This document shows, piece after piece, positions 34,925-38,861 of a DNA stretch of 38,861 nucleotides. The DNA comes from Pseudomonadota bacterium (GTDB lineage Bacteria; Pseudomonadota; Alphaproteobacteria; Acetobacterales; Acetobacteraceae): NCBI GenBank assembly GCA_021784255.1, contig JAJXSZ010000001.1, positions 1 to 38,861 of the forward strand, written 5' to 3'. Below the pieces are notes generated by a model that was not told the DNA's origin, searched no databases, and saw only the letters and a list, made by a program, of their open reading frames with translations. The stretch's first letter is position 1; every line of letters begins with the position of its first letter. A program made the translations under genes and the position numbers.

Positions 34925-36130
34925 ATGCGACGGGTGGCCGTCGTCATCGGTGCCTCGCAGCTCGTCGTCTATGGCTGCACCTATTATCTGCCGGCGGTGC
35001 TCGCCGCGCCCGCCGCCGCCGACCTCGGCGTATCGCGCGCGGCCCTGCTCGGCGCCTTCTCCTGGGCGCTGCTGGTCGCGGGCATCGGCGCGCCGATGGT
35101 CGGCCGGCGCATCGACCGCGCCGGCGGGCGCGGCGTGCTCGCCGCGTCCTGCGCGGTGATGGCCGGGGGGTTGGTGCTGCTCGCGATCGCGCACGGGCTG
35201 GTGCTCTGGTACGCGGGCTGGCTGGTGCTCGGCGCGGGCATGGCGCTCGGGCTCTACGACGCCGCCTTTGCCACCGTCGGTGTGCTGTTCGGCCACGATT
35301 CCGGGCGGGCCATCATGGGTGTGACGCTGATCGCGGGCTTCGCCAGCTCCGTCTTCTGGCCGCTCGGCACGGCGCTGGAGGCGCACTGGGGCTGGCGCGG
35401 CATGCTGCTCGCCTATGCGGCGTTGCTGCTGGCGATCAACCTGCCGGCGATGCTGCTCGGCGTCCCCGCCGGGGCGGCGCACCAGCGCGGCCGCCAGGCG
35501 GCCGATGACGGCCACCGCCCGGTCGCGAAGCCCGGACGAGCGCTGGCCCTGCTGGCCACCTTCTTCACCCTGCGCTGGCTGATCACCTCCGGCATCGCGG
35601 TGCTGATCCTGCGGCTGCTCGAGGGGCGCGGGCTGACGCCGGCACAGGCCGTCACCGTGGCCGCGATGCTCGGCCCCGGACAGGTGCTGGGACGGGTCGT
35701 CGAATGGTCCTGCGCCAGGCGCGTGTCGCTGTTCACGCGCGCGCGCGCCGGCGCATTGCTGATGCCCGTTGCGAGCCTCCTGCTCCTGTTGCCCGGCATG
35801 CTGCCCGCCAGCGCGTTCGCGCTCCTCTACGGCATGAGCAACGGCATCCTGACGATCAACCGGGGCACGCTGCCGATGGCGTTGTTCGGCCGCGCCGGCT
35901 ACGCGCAGCGCCTCGGCTGGCTCGCCACCCCCGCGCTGCTGGCCCAGGCAGCCTCGCCGCCGCTCGCGGCGATGCTGCTGGCGACCGTGGCGACGCGCGG
36001 CACGATCCTGCTCGCCGCGCTGCTCGGCCTCACGGCGGCGCTGTTCCTGACGCTGCTCGGACGAGCGGCGGATGTCCGCCAAGCGGCACCAGATGCGACA
36101 GGAACGCCTCCGCACAGGCCCGCCAGCTGA
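34925..36130 (+). CDS. MFS transporter
   Basis: Hydrophobic 12-TM-like profile with the loop motif GRRIDRAGGRG. The start is either ATG 34925 or GTG 34904. Confidence 0.8.
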   Translation: MRRVAVVIGASQLVVYGCTYYLPAVLAAPAAADLGVSRAALLGAFSWALLVAGIGAPMVGRRIDRAGGRGVLAASCAVMAGGLVLLAIAHGLVLWYAGWLVLGAGMALGLYDAAFATVGVLFGHDSGRAIMGVTLIAGFASSVFWPLGTALEAHWGWRGMLLAYAALLLAINLPAMLLGVPAGAAHQRGRQAADDGHRPVAKPGRALALLATFFTLRWLITSGIAVLILRLLEGRGLTPAQAVTVAAMLGPGQVLGRVVEWSCARRVSLFTRARAGALLMPVASLLLLLPGMLPASAFALLYGMSNGILTINRGTLPMALFGRAGYAQRLGWLATPALLAQAASPPLAAMLLATVATRGTILLAALLGLTAALFLTLLGRAADVRQAAPDATGTPPHRPAS

Positions 36131-37118
36131 ACCGTTGCGCATGCGCGCGGCAGGCGGCGCGATCGCCGGCCAGCGCCGCCAGCGCCGCGCGGCGCAGATC
36201 GGCATCGACCACCCCGACACGGCCCGCCGCACCCGCCAGGACGTCGCGTGGCCCGGTAACGTCATAGGCCGCGACCGGCGTGCCGCAGGCGAGGGATTCC
36301 AGCAGCACCAGCCCGAACGTGTCGGTGAGCGAGGGAAAGACGAACACGTCCGCCCCGGCATAGGCGCGCGCCAGCGCCACCCCGCTGCGCGGCCCGGTGA
36401 AGGTCACGGAGCGGTATTCGCGCTGCAACGCCGGCAACTGGGGTCCGCCACCGACCACGACCTTGGAGCCCGGCAGCTCGAGATCGAGGAAGGCGCGGAT
36501 GTTCTTCTCCACCGCCACGCGCCCGACATAGAGGAAGACCGGCCGCGGCAGGTTCCATTCCTCCCGCTCGTCGGGGCGGAACGAGGCGAGATCGACGCCG
36601 CGCGACCACGCCCGCAGGTGGCGGAAGCCACGCGCCGCAAGCTCCTCGCGCAGCGTCCCGCTCGCCACCATCATCCCCTTCCCCGCGCCATGGAAGCGCC
36701 GCAACCAGGCATAGGCCGGTGCGGTCGGGAGACCGGTCCGCGCCGCGATGTATTCCGGGAAGCGGGTATGGAAGGCGGTGGTGAAGGCGCAACCGCGCCT
36801 GCGTGCCCAGGCGCGCGCGGCGAGCCCGAGCGGCCCTTCGGTGGCGATATGCAGCGCGTCCGGGGCGTAGCCTTCGATCATCGCCGCGAGAGACCGGCGC
36901 GGGAACAGCGACAGGCGGATATCGGGATATGTCGGACACGGAACGGTTCGAAATCGATCCGGACCGATCACCTCCGCCTCGTGTCCCATCGCCCTCAACT
37001 CGCCGCGCAGCGTGGCCAGCGTGCGCACCACCCCGTTGACCTGCGGCATCCAGGCGTCGGAGACGATCAGAATCCGCGCGGGCAGAATCCGCGCAGGCAG
37101 AATCCGCGCAGGCAGCAT
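36030..37118 (-). CDS. GT4 glycosyltransferase, Agt-like (glycosyl/glucuronosyl-diacylglycerol synthase type)
   Basis: ILIVSDAWMPQVNGVVRTL, VGRVAVEKN and FVFPSLTDTFGLVLLESLACGTPV (GT4 E-x7-E region). ATG 37118 lies in the first unit of a 15-bp repeat. The alternative TTG 37190 overlaps the upstream stop by 8 nt. Confidence 0.75.
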   Translation of the reverse strand: MLPARILPARILPARILIVSDAWMPQVNGVVRTLATLRGELRAMGHEAEVIGPDRFRTVPCPTYPDIRLSLFPRRSLAAMIEGYAPDALHIATEGPLGLAARAWARRRGCAFTTAFHTRFPEYIAARTGLPTAPAYAWLRRFHGAGKGMMVASGTLREELAARGFRHLRAWSRGVDLASFRPDEREEWNLPRPVFLYVGRVAVEKNIRAFLDLELPGSKVVVGGGPQLPALQREYRSVTFTGPRSGVALARAYAGADVFVFPSLTDTFGLVLLESLACGTPVAAYDVTGPRDVLAGAAGRVGVVDADLRRAALAALAGDRAACRAHAQRFSWRACAEAFLSHLVPLGGHPPLVRAASGTAPP

Positions 37119-37127
37119 CCGCGCGGG
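37068..37127. repeat. 4 x 15 bp tandem repeat at the 5' end of the glycosyltransferase gene
   Basis: The units are CAGAATCCGCGCGGG, CAGAATCCGCGCAGG (twice) and CAGCATCCGCGCGGG. On the minus strand they encode PARML-PARIL-PARIL-PARIL. Confidence 0.95.
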
Positions 37128-37182
37128 ATCGGGCCCGGCCGCGAGCAGCCGGACAACGCGGTCCGTTTCGTTCGGGAGCGAA

Positions 37183-38007
37183 TCAGGCAACTTGGATCAC
37201 CGCGTCCGGGCCTGGCGCTTTCGGGGCGTGGAGGGAGAACTGGTTGCGCGCCGCCCAGTCCACCAGCTCGAGCCGGCCGTCCATGTGTTCGACCAGGGCG
37301 GTGCAGCTTTCCACCCAGTCACCGTCGTTGATGTAGAGCACGCCACCGACCTCGCGCATCTCGGCGTGGTGGATGTGGCCACAGACGACGCCATCGAAGC
37401 CACGCCGGCGCGCTTCGGCTGCCAGTGCGAACTCGAAACGGTCGATCGCCTTGACGGCTTCCTTGACCTGGCGCTTGAGCCAGGCGGAAAGTGACCAGTA
37501 CGGATATCCGAGCCGGCGGCGGACGATATTGAACCAATGATTGATCGCGAGCGCCGCCCGGTAGGCGCCGTCGCCGAGAAGTGCCAGGAACCTGGCGTAG
37601 CACACGACGCTGTCGAACTCGTCGCCGTGCATGACGAGCAGCCGACGACCCATCGCCGTGACATGCTCCGCGTCGCGGCGCAGACGGATCCCCCCGACCT
37701 CCAGCCCGAGCGACAGCCAGGCACGGAACATTTCGTCGTGGTTGCCGGGGATGTAGGTGACCTGCGCGCCGCCGCGCGCATGGCGCAGGATCAGCCGCAG
37801 CACCTCGTCATGCGTCTGGTCCCAATACCACGAGCGGCGTAGCCGCCAACCGTCGATGATGTCACCGACGAGGAACAGGTGCTGACAGGACACGCGGCGC
37901 AGGAAGTCGGCGAGGAAATCGGCGCGGCAGCCGCGCGTTCCGAGATGCGTGTCCGAAATGAAGACGCTGCGGTACTGAGTGGCGGGCGGCGCGGCAACGG
38001 CGTTCAT
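37183..38007 (-). CDS. calcineurin-like metallophosphoesterase, LpxH look-alike; probably PlcP-type phospholipase C
   Basis: FISDTHLG, LVGDIIDGW, IPGNHDE, VMHGDEFD and VCGHIHH. GC3 jumps from low to high exactly at ATG 38007, so the ORF-track start 38076 is rejected. Confidence 0.7.
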   Translation of the reverse strand: MNAVAAPPATQYRSVFISDTHLGTRGCRADFLADFLRRVSCQHLFLVGDIIDGWRLRRSWYWDQTHDEVLRLILRHARGGAQVTYIPGNHDEMFRAWLSLGLEVGGIRLRRDAEHVTAMGRRLLVMHGDEFDSVVCYARFLALLGDGAYRAALAINHWFNIVRRRLGYPYWSLSAWLKRQVKEAVKAIDRFEFALAAEARRRGFDGVVCGHIHHAEMREVGGVLYINDGDWVESCTALVEHMDGRLELVDWAARNQFSLHAPKAPGPDAVIQVA

Positions 38008-38013
38008 GGCGAT

Positions 38014-38027
38014 AACGTCATGACGTT
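38014..38027. promoter_or_regulatory. perfect 14-bp palindrome AACGTCATGACGTT in divergent control region
   Basis: Read directly from the sequence. It is followed by the overlapping palindrome TTGCGCAA (38026-33) and a further TGACGT at 38047-52. Confidence 0.5.
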
Positions 38028-38198
38028 GCGCAAGTCGTTTTGCACGTGACGTTTGCATGACCCGAGAACCCATCATCGCAATACCCTGAAATCACGACAA
38101 CGCAATGCAAGCGCCACCGAATCGTAACAGTGCCGAACGATTCTGGTCGCTTCCGGACACGCCACCGTATCAACCTCCAGATCCCGCGAGCATCGGCC

Positions 38199-38861
38199 GT
38201 GATCATCGTCTTCAATCCCGCCGCAGGGCAGCGCCGGGTCCGCCTGCTCTGGCGGGTGGTCGATGTGCTGGCGGAAAACGGCGTGCGCGTCGCCATCGAG
38301 CGTACCGGCGCGCCCGGCCATGCAGAGCAGCTCGCGCGCAGGGCAGCCGGCTCCGGCGCGCCGCTGGTCGTCGCTGCGGGCGGCGACGGCACCATCGCGG
38401 AAGTCGCCAACGGCCTCGCCGGCAGCAGCACGCGACTCGGCATCATCCCGCTCGGCACGGCGAATGTACTGGCGCGCGAGCTCGGACTCTCGTTCGCGCC
38501 GCGCGCCGTCGCGGCGGCGCTCGCCTTCGGCCGCACCCGACGAATCTTTCCCGGTGTCGCACGCATGGCGGGCGGCGAGCGGCTGTTCGTGCAGATGCTC
38601 GGCGCCGGCTTCGATGCCGCCGTCGTCCGCCACCTGCCGCTGCGGCTCAAGCGCGCCGTCGGGCGCAGCGCCTATGTGTGGCAATCGTTGCGTGAGGCAC
38701 AACGTTACGATTTTACACCAATCCAACTTCGTCTCGATGGCGTGCCGGCGGAAGCGGGCAGCGTCATCGTGACCAAGGGGCGGCTCTATGCTGGGCCGTT
38801 CCTGCTGGCCCCCGATGCCAGCCCCAACCGCCCCGGCTTTACCGTGGCGCTGTTCGAGCGG
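38199..38861 (+). CDS. diacylglycerol kinase catalytic-domain lipid kinase (YegS/LCB5 family), 3' end beyond window
   Basis: This frame is not in the ORF track because it runs off the right edge. Translation: VIIVFNPAAGQRRVRLLWRVVDVLAENG..., VVAAGGDGTIAEVANGL, LGIIPLGTANVLAREL. The start is GTG 38199 or GTG 38130. An in-frame stop lies at 38058. Confidence 0.75.
   Translation, partial: MIIVFNPAAGQRRVRLLWRVVDVLAENGVRVAIERTGAPGHAEQLARRAAGSGAPLVVAAGGDGTIAEVANGLAGSSTRLGIIPLGTANVLARELGLSFAPRAVAAALAFGRTRRIFPGVARMAGGERLFVQMLGAGFDAAVVRHLPLRLKRAVGRSAYVWQSLREAQRYDFTPIQLRLDGVPAEAGSVIVTKGRLYAGPFLLAPDASPNRPGFTVALFER

Noticed and set aside
37183-38007. Straight annotation as LpxH (UDP-2,3-diacylglucosamine hydrolase) belonging to the lipid A pathway.
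   Set aside because: The motifs only establish the metallophosphoesterase fold. The operon partner is a GT4 enzyme, not a lipid A gene, and the taxon (inferred alphaproteobacterium) typically uses LpxI. The PlcP-type interpretation is preferred but unproven.

Overview
This is a high-GC (about 70%), densely packed chromosomal segment. Gene content and order (ribF-ileS-lspA, DUF3035 lipoprotein, DUF374-waaA-lpxK, endonuclease-type MutL) suggest an alphaproteobacterium, possibly Rhodospirillales/Acetobacteraceae-like; that taxonomic call is inference. I support about 39 protein genes and one tRNA-Thr(UGU). Most are housekeeping genes: rlmB, degP, tadA, rsmD, mutL, pgi, lspA, ileS, ribF, uvrB, purD, xseA and a Kdo/lipid A block. 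Many adjacent genes share overlapping stop/start codons. I found no transposase, integrase, phage gene, CRISPR array, toxin-antitoxin pair or recognisable defence system, so much of the window is ordinary core genome. The locus most worth follow-up is 36030-38861. It holds an LpxH look-alike metallophosphoesterase plus a GT4 glycosyltransferase, which fits the PlcP-Agt phosphate-stress lipid-remodelling module. Opposite it, across an AT-rich palindrome-bearing control region, lies a DAG-kinase-family lipid kinase. Other items worth a look: (1) recurrent perfect or near-perfect 14-16 bp tandem duplications, three of which fall inside or at the ends of coding regions (5' end of the glycosyltransferase, N-terminus of the left-edge ORF, stop codon of lspA); (2) a 575-nt unannotated gap upstream of pgi, with a 63-nt composite hairpin and a stretch with coding-like periodicity; (3) an amino-acid-type accessory cluster (M20 peptidase, threonine-synthase-like and D-Thr-aldolase/DSD1-like PLP enzymes, hydratase, MFS); (4) a fused double-GNAT gene; (5) a LysR regulator placed 9 nt upstream of the lipid A/Kdo gene string. 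All functional calls come from motif recognition by eye. No database search was run.
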